Positions 12,081 through 21,901 of a DNA stretch of 64,000 nt are shown here, piece by piece (position 1 is the first letter of the stretch; the number at the start of each line of letters is the position of its first letter). The stretch is from an uncultured Nitrososphaeraceae archaeon (GTDB lineage Archaea > Thermoproteota > Nitrososphaeria > Nitrososphaerales > Nitrososphaeraceae): NCBI GenBank assembly GCA_963729045.1, contig CAVSMN010000016.1, positions 1-64,000 of the forward strand, in the 5' to 3' direction. The position numbers were made by a program, and so were the translations under genes. The notes beneath the pieces were generated by a model. That model did not search any database and was not told the DNA's origin. It saw only the letters and a list, made by a program, of their open reading frames with translations.

Positions 12081-12579
12081 GTGCAAAATTTAGTTATTTT
12101 CGTTATAGGACTAGGTTTACTTTCAGCAATATGTGTTCCAAACGCGTTTGCAGTATTTCATAGAGAGGACTTTATTATTACCGATATTGGCGTCAATAAT
12201 GGAGTCCCATTCATGGAATTACAGGGTCAGCCTGGTAGGTCATTTTCAGTAGATGGTGGAGATGAGAGTTACTATGCATATACTTTTGTAACCAATAATG
12301 GCATCTTTGCAGCATCGGTCGCTTTGGATGAAGATGGGAACAAACCGTATTATAGCGCTGATCATTTTGATATCAAAAAATTCCAAATAGGCGAATGCGT
12401 CAATCACAAGACCGCTACCGGCGAGCCAAAATTCAGTGGTAAAATAGCCGAGTACGTTCCAAAGGAAACCGTTATTTCAAATGTATCAAAAGCATACACT
12501 TTACAAATTATTAGCTGATGACCCCGACGATGATTGCGAGACCGGAGAACATATTCATAAGATATTTTCAAGCAAGTGA
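12081..12579 (+). CDS. Secreted hypothetical protein (frameshift near 12512)
   Basis: Signal peptide ending AFA; ORF 12081..12518 continues in a shifted frame ADDPDDDCETGEHIHKIFSSK*. Confidence 0.6.
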
Positions 12580-12743
12580 CAGGAGAGCCTGTTTTTCCTT
12601 TAAGTAGGGTACAAGCCAGAACTTAATCTATTATCTTTTTTAACCATGCTTGAATCAAGAACTACATAATACAAGTTAGAAGTTACAAGTTACAGCTCCA
12701 TGGTACAGCAGCAAGATTTGATCCCGCTGTATAAAAAAATATC

Positions 12744-13046
12744 TTAAGATTTTGGTTTGTAAGGTTCTAACTTCCTAGTAATCTTGTTTATAACATATTT
12801 TTCCGGATCATAATCATATTTTTTCCCTAATTCTTCCAAATAATTCTGAACATCATGCCAAGCTTGGCGTTTTTTGCTGATGAGGTCTGATGCAGAAGAT
12901 TCTGGACTTGAATCAGTTAAAAGTCCTTGTTCATTTGCGGAGGTTAAATCCAGAGCTGTTTGATACAACTTTGAAATCTTTTCAATTTCAAATTCCGAAA
13001 ATGTCACAGCATCTCTGTTTGATTCATTATTGTCAGGATCGGACAT
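12744..13046 (-). CDS. Hypothetical protein
   Basis: 100-aa ORF with protein-like composition. Confidence 0.6.
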   Translation of the reverse strand: MSDPDNNESNRDAVTFSEFEIEKISKLYQTALDLTSANEQGLLTDSSPESSASDLISKKRQAWHDVQNYLEELGKKYDYDPEKYVINKITRKLEPYKPKS

Positions 13047-13280
13047 TCTTATCCTTCTATCAAGATCTTATCATCCTAATAATATAATGTCTGTGATTGG
13101 GAGAGACGAGGCGAGATTAATCAAATTATAGCCTTGGAAATGAAAAAAATAAATTCAAAAGCCTAGAGTTGATTTGTTTCAAAAAATTTCTATTTGTTTT
13201 TAAACAAACATCTAAGAAAAAAATAATTAAAAATAATTAAAAAAATACGTCATGGTTGTAGATTTACTGAAATTGATTTC

Positions 13281-13928
13281 CTACCAGCCTGATCCCTGAG
13301 CGCCTTCACCAGCATGCATTCCTTCCATACCCATGCCATATTCACCATATCCTTCACCATTCATTCCTTCCATACCCATGCCATATTCACCATGCATTCC
13401 TTTCATTTTCTTGTCTTCATGACCTTGAGAGTGCATCATTTTCATCCATTCCATCATAGAAAGAGGCTTTGTTTGTAAAACTAATCCAGTTCCTGGGTCA
13501 ACTAACACTTTAGTAAATTTCATGTCTGGGGAGCCTAGAACTACTGAAATTACAAGGAATCCATCTTTCTCCTCACCATTGGCTGACATTGCAAAAGAAC
13601 CATTACCCACTGATTGTTCGGCAGTGGAGATAGCCTGTGGTAATGTTACATTAAATTTATCTCCAATAGCTTGAAACATTGTTTGCATCATGTTCAATGT
13701 TCCGTTGATTTTTTCATACTTTTCATGTCCTTTCATCATCATTGGGTTGGCATAATTATCTTTCTTCATCATCATATCGTCTCCACCAGTCATATTTGTT
13801 GAGCTGGTACTACCTGTTGAATTAGTTTGGGCTAGGGCAGTATTTGAATTCATCAATGGTAGAAATCCAATTGTCGCTGCCAATAATCCTGCTAGAAACA
13901 CAAAGTTCAATGAATTTTTTGTATTCAT
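13281..13928 (-). CDS. Secreted Met/His-rich protein with PepSY-like domain
   Basis: Signal peptide (ALA), VTLPQAISTAE...VLVDPGTGLVL PepSY pattern, Met/His-rich flanks, GEYGMGMEGM twice. Confidence 0.75.
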   Translation of the reverse strand: MNTKNSLNFVFLAGLLAATIGFLPLMNSNTALAQTNSTGSTSSTNMTGGDDMMMKKDNYANPMMMKGHEKYEKINGTLNMMQTMFQAIGDKFNVTLPQAISTAEQSVGNGSFAMSANGEEKDGFLVISVVLGSPDMKFTKVLVDPGTGLVLQTKPLSMMEWMKMMHSQGHEDKKMKGMHGEYGMGMEGMNGEGYGEYGMGMEGMHAGEGAQGSGW

Positions 13929-14555
13929 TGTAGTTTAATGAAATTCAAAATATAAAAGTATATACTATATTATTTCAATAGAAAATTATTACTTGTTTTC
14001 TGTAGTAAAGGAGCGCCATTCCATTTCTTTCACTAAGGTTTATCCTCTTAATGCATGCAATTCAAATCAAAATAACTAAGGGTGTATTAATGATTGATTT
14101 TGTACAAAAAGGGTTAAGCTTTTAATTGTTATAGTTACCTTAAATGTAATAGTTCCTTCTATTTGAAATGCTCAATTAGGAAGAGTCCATAGTACTCTAC
14201 CCCTCCTTCCCAGCGATATTGCCAACTTAAAATATTCAATCAGGTCATGAAAAGACAAACTAATTTTCAATTTCAGTATTAGAAAGACAAATGTTTCTTT
14301 ATTAGAGTATTTTGGTTATTATATTAGTGACCGGTTGGTAGGTCTGATATCTCTTTTCCTCCTTATGCATCATCAGAATTATTTGAACTAGCGTGGACTA
14401 ATAATTCCAGGGAATGTTGCATTAAGGACTATCTAAATGGGCTTTAATCATATAGAGTAAACTTTTAAAGTACATTGGGCCGTAGTAGAAGTTACCCTCT
14501 CGAAAAAAGAAGTAAAAGATGTCGAACCAGAGGATTTCTATACACAGATAAAAAA

Positions 14556-16460
14556 TCAATGCTTTTTTATTTTCGAAATTTCTAAAAATAGATAAATTAC
14601 TGCAATTATTTCAAACCTACCTATAATCATGTTAATGATTAGTAACACTTTTGAAAACAGATCTGCATTGATGTTTGTTATCCCAGCTGTTAATCCTGTA
14701 GTGGTTAAAGCTGATACTGATTCAAATAGAGAATCTAAAAAATTTTTTTCTGTAAGAAATGATAAAAGCGTACCAGTAAAAAAAGACATAAAGATAAAAA
14801 GGAATATAACGAGGATTGCTTCGTTAAACGTTTTTTCTTCCTTGTGAATTTCGGATTTTCTTTCATAGCCGTGATATGCGTTGTCATACCTAGAAGAAAC
14901 TGCTGAAATTGATCTCGTTGTAACATCTGCAGAAAATTTCTTCCTTGTCAATTTCTGAACTATTTGTAGTATTCTTCCAACTTTAATCCCACCCGCAGTT
15001 GAGAAAGCTGTTCCTCCAATTAGCATCATAATTATTAATAAAATCTTGCCGTCATCAGATAAAAGTGTGATATCTATGAATTGAAAGCCTGTGGTTGTTG
15101 CAGCACTTACAGTGTGAAAAATCCCAGTTACGATATTTGCAGTGGGATAAGACATGAAAAGAAGATATGTGAAAATGGGAATAGCAGTAAACATAATTCC
15201 AAAATATAAGATTACTTCTGGACGCATCTTTGTAGTATGCATTTCCTTACTAAAAACAGCATAATGAAAAGCAAATGGAAGTGCAGAGATTATCATGCCA
15301 GCCATTATCACAAATAATTCCAAAAAGTTTTCAGAAATTAAGGATGTAGAAGAAGGCACGAAACCTCCACCCGTTACCGCGCTAAATATTAGCGAAATAT
15401 TAGATATAATATTATGGTTTCCAGAAATATATAATAAAATAGATAGGGAAACAGTGTAGATACTAAAAATAACTCCAATCGTAAGTATCAATTGTTTTAA
15501 CCTCAGACTTCCCCCACCTAACATTCCTTTCATATGAGCCAACTTTCTTTCGGGATAGAAGAATGTGATTACCAAATATACGAAGCTTAAACCACCTATC
15601 CACTGGGTAAACGCTCTATAAAAATCAAAACTCTCTGGGAGATCTTCGGGATAAACTAGCATGGATAACCCAGTAGTTGTAAAACCTGATGCACTTTCAA
15701 AGAAACTGTTTACTACTAGAGTTACCGGGTCTATTCCCTCACCGAATGGATTTACATACATGTATGGGATACTTCCAAAAAAACTTAGTAATACAAAACT
15801 AAAGACCATCAGAATTGACGCCTGTCTGAGGTTCATTGGCGTCTTTTCTCCATAGGCATTCAGGATGAATCCAGTAATAGACATTGTGGTAATTCCAAGG
15901 AAAATTCCAGTTGCAGAAACCACTTCACCCAACGCTGTGGCTAAGATGGCTGGAGCAACAAAAAGTAAGCCTGAAAATTGAAGTATGAATCCAAGATTTC
16001 CCCAAATGGGTTTGTATCTTTCCCTAATTACCACTCTATAGCTCCTAAATTGCCGTTCTAAGACGGAAGTTCTAATGGCATTTGCCAATCCTTCTTGGGT
16101 TACCATACCCAAAATATGCACATTATCGGTTACAGGAATTCTCTTGATAAGATTTAGTCTCATTAGTTCTAAGGCTTGTCTTACATTTGCCTTTGCAGAG
16201 ATAGTAATGAGGGGGGATGACATTATTGATTTGATGGGGACTTGGTCAGAATCTTCTCCTCTCATGACAATTTTATCTAAAATATCACTATCAGTTATAA
16301 TCCCTACATATTCTTCTTTTTTGTTCGTTACAATAATGGTTTCAGCCTTTTTTCCATGCATTAATTTAACAGCGTTTGCTGCGTCTGTATCTTCATCTAA
16401 GATAATATAATTATGGTGTGCGTACGTTAATACAGGACGGTTGAGAGGGTCTGTGTCCAT
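14556..16460 (-). CDS. trkH: CBS-pair domain fused to TrkH-family K+ uptake channel
   Basis: N-terminal CBS pair (VGIITDSDI, LGMVTQ); pore motifs SGFTTTGLS, TTTGF, STAGGIKV, SALTTTGL, GRFEI. Confidence 0.88.
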   Translation of the reverse strand: MDTDPLNRPVLTYAHHNYIILDEDTDAANAVKLMHGKKAETIIVTNKKEEYVGIITDSDILDKIVMRGEDSDQVPIKSIMSSPLITISAKANVRQALELMRLNLIKRIPVTDNVHILGMVTQEGLANAIRTSVLERQFRSYRVVIRERYKPIWGNLGFILQFSGLLFVAPAILATALGEVVSATGIFLGITTMSITGFILNAYGEKTPMNLRQASILMVFSFVLLSFFGSIPYMYVNPFGEGIDPVTLVVNSFFESASGFTTTGLSMLVYPEDLPESFDFYRAFTQWIGGLSFVYLVITFFYPERKLAHMKGMLGGGSLRLKQLILTIGVIFSIYTVSLSILLYISGNHNIISNISLIFSAVTGGGFVPSSTSLISENFLELFVIMAGMIISALPFAFHYAVFSKEMHTTKMRPEVILYFGIMFTAIPIFTYLLFMSYPTANIVTGIFHTVSAATTTGFQFIDITLLSDDGKILLIIMMLIGGTAFSTAGGIKVGRILQIVQKLTRKKFSADVTTRSISAVSSRYDNAYHGYERKSEIHKEEKTFNEAILVIFLFIFMSFFTGTLLSFLTEKNFLDSLFESVSALTTTGLTAGITNINADLFSKVLLIINMIIGRFEIIAVIYLFLEISKIKKH

Positions 16461-16803
16461 TATTTCTTCAGAATTCAGTTAAGATGGTATGACAAATCAT
16501 TTTAAACTTTTCTATGCATCTAACTTTAAAAACCATAATAATAGCAAAATTTTCATTATCATTGTCAACTTTTTGTGAATCTAAATTTGTCTCAAAGTAT
16601 TAGAAAATCGGCTAGAAGGATAAATTAATCACGAATGTATATAAATTCCCTATGCCGCTATCTACTCTCTGGATATATTTACTTTTTTAGAATCTTAATT
16701 TGTTAGACGTATCTTTAATTGTAAGCAATGGATACCTAAATCAGCCCAAAATAATCAAAGATACATTTGAACGAAGCTAGATTAATAAATAAAAAAGGTC
16801 TAA

Positions 16804-17256
16804 TTATGGAATTAATAATGTCACCGTTTCTGGAGTATTGGCGGCGCTGTTAGACCCAGATGCTCTTTTTATTTCATCATCTCCGTAAACTACTTCTGCA
16901 GTAAAGCCTTTTCCGACTGGCACTTCAGCAGAACTGAATTCAAAAGTGTATGAGCTTGTTTGTAACCCTGGAAAGATCAAACCAGACATAGTTTGAGGAT
17001 TGCGTGAACCATCTATAGCAACATGTATAGCACCATGTTCGTCCAAATTGCCAGTATTTTGGACTTGAACTATTATCCTAAACTGACCACTTTGTGCGCT
17101 TTGGGCATTGACGTCCTTAAGACCCCAAAAAATGGCAACTGATCCAATTAAGATTAATAAAGCGCATGCATATAATGATCTAATCCTTATGCTTTTGTTT
17201 GTGTTTCTATCTGAAGGAGATCGCCTAAGAGCTGTTCCATCAAAACATAATTTCAT
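16804..17256 (-). CDS. Membrane-anchored or secreted hypothetical protein
   Basis: 150-aa ORF with one hydrophobic segment and a beta-rich domain. Confidence 0.6.
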   Translation of the reverse strand: MKLCFDGTALRRSPSDRNTNKSIRIRSLYACALLILIGSVAIFWGLKDVNAQSAQSGQFRIIVQVQNTGNLDEHGAIHVAIDGSRNPQTMSGLIFPGLQTSSYTFEFSSAEVPVGKGFTAEVVYGDDEIKRASGSNSAANTPETVTLLIP

Positions 17257-17489
17257 TACTATATTAAAGTGAAATTATTAATTAAATTTTTTTAATGATT
17301 ATGCTAGAATATAATTCTGAAAGACTATTGGATAAGTTATTCTGCTAGTCTGTCTCAAGCGAAAATTGTAAATCTTTTAGTTGGTATCATTTTATTGATT
17401 GGATGTATTGATGTCAACCCTTAGCAAACATGGTCGTTACATTATATCCAGCATTGAAGTTCCGGGAACTTGAAAAAATGATTATAATC

Positions 17490-17925
17490 GTCAATCAGGC
17501 TTATCATCATAAATGGGAGGCCAATTCAAGGAGTAGGACAATAGCAAGCACACCCATTTGACTAAACTGGGAAATTATGCAGCAAAATGCAAATCATCTT
17601 CACTCCTCTTTAATTTGCCATTGTTGGATCTCAAGTCGATCTCATGATGACAAATCAAAAAGCAAACGTTTTTGGCAATATGTTAATATTTATAGCAATA
17701 TCTACTAAGATTGTCCGATGTGGATTATCATCTATGATTTTTCTTAAAAACAAATCTAAAGCCCAGATAGTTACAGCGGGGGATGATTATCAGAGGTGAA
17801 GTTGGGTTAGCATTTGCAAGTGTTGAGGTGACAAAGAGCAGACAGTTCAAATATTTACAATTTAATGATTATCAGAGTGGAGTTTACTACTATTGTAACT
17901 CCATTTTGAATAATGAAATCTTAAA
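17490..17925 (+). pseudogene. Decayed C-terminal remnant of a CPA2 (NapA/KefB-like) cation:proton antiporter
   Basis: Manual translation across stops and shifts: FAIVGSQVDL...IAISTKIVRCGLSSMIF...AGMIIRGEVGLAFASV...TTIVTPF; boundaries approximate. Confidence 0.7.
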
Positions 17926-18114
17926 ATCCAATTCAGCGCTCATCTAAGAGCTATAGCACCCATGAACCTGTTAAACAGATGTTTTTTCGTGTCAATTAGG
18001 CTAGGAGTCTGTCTGCTTGAGGGAATACCAAAATTGGTTTGAAGAAGATGTAGAAGTGATATTATTATTCATCAAATCGGAGGACTTTACTAATACTCAA
18101 AACTAAATTCGATA

Positions 18115-18864
18115 CTATTTCTTTTCTTTTCTTACGTTTATCAAATTATGCTTTTCAAGGAATTGGCTTATGCTTTCGTTTTCTTCTTCATTTGATTGCG
18201 TTTCATCCTTATTCAGATCATTAAGTGTCTGAATCATTTTTTTTAAATCATTAATGTTGATAACAACTCCATAGTAGTCGCGTACTCTTTCAATAGTAGT
18301 TTCATAGTGTTTTTTTGATCCAGAAGCTGTTGCATCAGATACCAATATGACGTCATATCCTAAATTAAAAGCATCTCTTAAGGATGTCTCAACACAAATC
18401 GAGGTATCTATACCACAGAAAATTAAAGTATTTACGTGGATACTTTGCAGCCACACCCTTAATTCTGTATCCTGAAATGCTGAATCGCGTCGCTTGAGGA
18501 TGACATGATCTTCAGGGGTAGGTTTTATTTCATCAATAATGTGTGCATCCCAAGTATCTCTCATGCAAATTGGTATCTTTTTGTTTTGAAGTCTTTCCTC
18601 CCTTGCTCTGGGAAGAATATTGTGAATGTGGAGTAGTAAATCAATTCCGCTTGGTTCTCTAATTGCTTCGGTATAAAAGATTGGTATTTTTTCATTTCTG
18701 CAAAAACTAATCAACCTTTTAATATTTGGAATAACTTGTTGGTAATTTTCGATATTCATGCCAAGTTTATCGTAGGATCCATCTTTGCTAACGAACCCAT
18801 TTTGCATGTCCACTATTACCAATCCTAAACTGATAAGGTTACTACCATACTGTATTTGAAGCAT
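18115..18864 (-). CDS. Isochorismatase-family cysteine hydrolase (RutB-like)
   Basis: IVDMQNGF, KRRDSAF and GIDTSICVETSLRDA give the Asp-Lys-Cys triad. Confidence 0.88.
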   Translation of the reverse strand: MLQIQYGSNLISLGLVIVDMQNGFVSKDGSYDKLGMNIENYQQVIPNIKRLISFCRNEKIPIFYTEAIREPSGIDLLLHIHNILPRAREERLQNKKIPICMRDTWDAHIIDEIKPTPEDHVILKRRDSAFQDTELRVWLQSIHVNTLIFCGIDTSICVETSLRDAFNLGYDVILVSDATASGSKKHYETTIERVRDYYGVVININDLKKMIQTLNDLNKDETQSNEEENESISQFLEKHNLINVRKEKK

Positions 18865-19170
18865 TAGACTTAGACTATTTTACCTTATTAAAATTGTTTT
18901 TTCGATTTTCTTTAATTCAACGCAGGATTGGAGAATAGGGAATTAATCAGCATCCATAGGGGTACAATAGATCTTTAAAATCGTATTGAGTCTGAGTATA
19001 AGTCTAGAAGAGGATGTGATAAATATGATTTGAATACTTTTCAAGCATTATAACGTCCGGTAATCCCTGCCTCTTTAGAACTAATTTGAATTATTAAAAG
19101 AGTTCTCTGATCCTCTCTTGGCGTGCAAAAGTTTTCAATAGCCTTAATTCTAGAAAATTAGATAATCATC

Positions 19171-19674
19171 TTACTTTATTATAGTGACTGAGCATTTAGA
19201 ATTCTTTACGATTGAAGTTGCTATGTTACCGATTAATAGATTTTCAAAGGATCTACCTCTAAAGCCAATTACAATATGGTTTACCCCTTCGCTTTCTGCA
19301 AATTCGGTCATTGCCCGATCTGGGGATGATTTTGTATCGTAAAATTTTGTTTTCAAGTTTATTCCTTCTTCTTTTGCCTTTTTTGATATATCTAATAATA
19401 ATCTCTTTGATTTTCGAATTTCTTTTTCAATAGAGATAGTATTGTAATCTTCTCCCTTTTTTTCAAGTATCTTGTACATATCTGGAATATTAAATGCAGT
19501 AAATGCTATAATTTGAGAATTGTATTTACACGCCAAGTCCTTTGAGAATTCTAGGGCCTTTAGTGAAAACTCAGATCCGTCAATCCCAACCAAAATTTTA
19601 GAAATATTGAGAACTTTATTCACATTTTCTCTTATGCAAAATTTTTTATAAAGTTTCAATTGTGTTGCAAGCAA
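19171..19674 (-). CDS. Universal stress protein (UspA family)
   Basis: KILVGIDGSEFS...IVIGFRG...LIGNIATSIVKNSKCSVTIIK; real start may be downstream. Confidence 0.88.
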   Translation of the reverse strand: MLATQLKLYKKFCIRENVNKVLNISKILVGIDGSEFSLKALEFSKDLACKYNSQIIAFTAFNIPDMYKILEKKGEDYNTISIEKEIRKSKRLLLDISKKAKEEGINLKTKFYDTKSSPDRAMTEFAESEGVNHIVIGFRGRSFENLLIGNIATSIVKNSKCSVTIIK

Positions 19675-19871
19675 GCAAGTAAGGTAAGAGGTGATCTACC
19701 TCTATTCTTGTTTAGTTTAATTTTATGAGGCATATTTCTTGATTTAACATTTTGTTGAATTTATCTTAATTATTGGAATTGAGAAACCTAATTCAAATGC
19801 ACAATTTAATATTGGATTGGGATACTTTTTATGTAAAAACTTAATTATGTTATGATCTATGTATTTTTTTA

Positions 19872-20618
19872 ATGCACTTTTTATATAGTTTGGCCGGAAC
19901 TAAATATAGCATAATTTCCTGCATAACACTTTCAATAGTTTTAATGCTTGCATCGTCAAATCCAGCGTTTTCAACCGTGTCTTCTACTGACGAAAATACT
20001 TCCATAACTTTGTCGGGAACAAACTCTACAAACTCTTCTCTTTTATCTTCATCTATTCTGACAAATACATCAACCCTTGACCTTAATCTTAATCTCTCTA
20101 ATTCTACTTTGGGATTAATTAATAACACTCCGTTGAGTGAGCAATTTGCCACTATGGATAATTTAACCAATGTAACTGGGACTAATGGGTCAATTGTAAA
20201 CGATACACAGTTGACAGGGACAGAAAATGTAACTCTTGTTGCTAATTTTTCATCTAAACCAGTGGGACTTGAAACAGATTACTTGATTGTTGGCAAACCA
20301 TTGGTATTGGTAAACGGCGTTCCATTAACATATGAATTTTTAAATGATACTAGTGATGAAATCACTATTACTGATATTCTTATATCTATGAGAGCTACGG
20401 TTAAATTAGACAATTCAACCACTAGCGCTCTACCTGTATACATAAAAGTATTCTCAAATCCAGTAAATACAACTCAGAACGCAGACGGATCTAAAACCAT
20501 TATTAACAGTCCAAATTTAGTAGAAAATATTGAGATTGGTGGTGTAATATTTTCGGATACGTCAACTAGTGTAAAACTATATCCAAATGGCACAGGCTCA
20601 CTGAGAGCAAATAATTAG
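19872..20618 (+). CDS. Secreted Ser/Thr/Asn-rich surface protein
   Basis: Signal peptide and many NxS/T sequons. Confidence 0.65.
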   Translation: MHFLYSLAGTKYSIISCITLSIVLMLASSNPAFSTVSSTDENTSITLSGTNSTNSSLLSSSILTNTSTLDLNLNLSNSTLGLINNTPLSEQFATMDNLTNVTGTNGSIVNDTQLTGTENVTLVANFSSKPVGLETDYLIVGKPLVLVNGVPLTYEFLNDTSDEITITDILISMRATVKLDNSTTSALPVYIKVFSNPVNTTQNADGSKTIINSPNLVENIEIGGVIFSDTSTSVKLYPNGTGSLRANN

Positions 20619-21096
20619 AGTAATGACCTTTGATAAAGAGTTAGCGATATTGAGATTCATTTTTTCTAAAAGTGTTTTTTAGCCGAGGGTATGATATTAG
20701 GATCATTATTATTTTTTGATTTCTCAATTGTCTAACTTTTGTTGTCCATATCCCAGTTCTATTCCTCTTTTAGAGATAGATAAGTTTTTACAGATTGTAC
20801 TATAGCAGGGAAATAAAAAGTTTGGTATTCCATGTAATTCATTTAAGAATGCAAAGGTCAATTTTAGTAAAGTCATTCATTTATTACAGACAAAAATAAA
20901 TTTCATCAGAATGCGGCTTTAAAAGGCATTTTTTGAAGTATGTTAACTTTGGTATTTGTAATAAATGATTAACATAATTGCAATATGACTATGATATGTA
21001 TGAAATAGAATCGTTTAGCAATATTTCATGTCCATCCAAACATGCTAATATCTTACAAAAAAATTTTATAATACTATTTTATTAAAGAATGATATT

Positions 21097-21119
21097 TAGT
21101 AAGATTATTTCAGAATCTG
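21097..21119 (+). promoter_or_regulatory. Conserved 23-bp upstream element TAGTAAGATTATTTCAGAATCTG, copy 1
   Basis: Identical at 25334..25356 and on the minus strand at 36755..36777; each ends 41 nt before a paralog start codon, just upstream of a TTATA(C/T)AA box. Confidence 0.7.
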
Positions 21120-21159
21120 ATTTAACAATCCAATTATACAATACGATACTTTATCTTGC

Positions 21160-21445
21160 ATGAATAAAAAAATTCAATTGTCAATCTTGTCAATCTTTAT
21201 TGCAGCAGCCTTAATTGGCTCAGTTGCAACCTATGGTGATAACATGGCCTTTGCAGGTGGAGATAATCATCATGGTGACAAAAACAAGAAAAAATCAAAT
21301 GAAGCAATCCAAGATCTAGAACAATTTTCAGGAACTGGTCAAGATTCATCAATGTGGTTCTGGTAACGATACAACTGCATCATGTAACAACGTAGCCTTC
21401 TCATTTAACTTAAATGATGGCAACAACGCATTAGGTCAAGAGTAA
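21160..21445 (+). CDS. Small secreted Q/N-ladder Cx9C protein, copy A (one extra base near 21352)
   Basis: ORF 21160..21366 continues in a shifted frame CGSGNDTTASCNNVAFSFNLNDGNNALGQE*; near-identical to 25397..25682. Confidence 0.8.
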
Positions 21446-21901
21446 AAGACCTACTTTTTTTCTTACAAAAATTATTATATCTAAAAAAACTCTAAATTCT
21501 TTATATATCTTTTTTCTTAATTCCAAAAATGGTTTGATCTACAGTGAAATACTGGTATGAAATTAAGGATTAATAAACAATGTGATAGTCGATTATGATA
21601 CAATTTTCCCAATTTCTTATAGGATTATCACCTAATTAATTAATCACAATACTGACTAAATCTTATACTATCTTATTTTGCCATAGTAATTATAGAGGGA
21701 TACCGACCTAGGCTTTTTAACGGACAAATTAATCATGATTTTTTCCTAGCTAACATGCAATCAATATTCTAAATTTTTTATACTAGGTGAAGTCATCTTT
21801 CAAAAAATAAAATAAGTTTGAATCTTTTAATTAAAAAAATAGTTTGTTTGAAGACTAATATCTAGATTATCAATCAATACTTGGCCATGTATTTTTGTTA
21901 C

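Noticed and set aside
17783..17903. Repeated atgattatcagag and a tggagt...actcca hairpin as regulatory or ncRNA signals
   Set aside because: Both fall inside the antiporter pseudogene (MIIR and TTIVTP codons) and are explained by it
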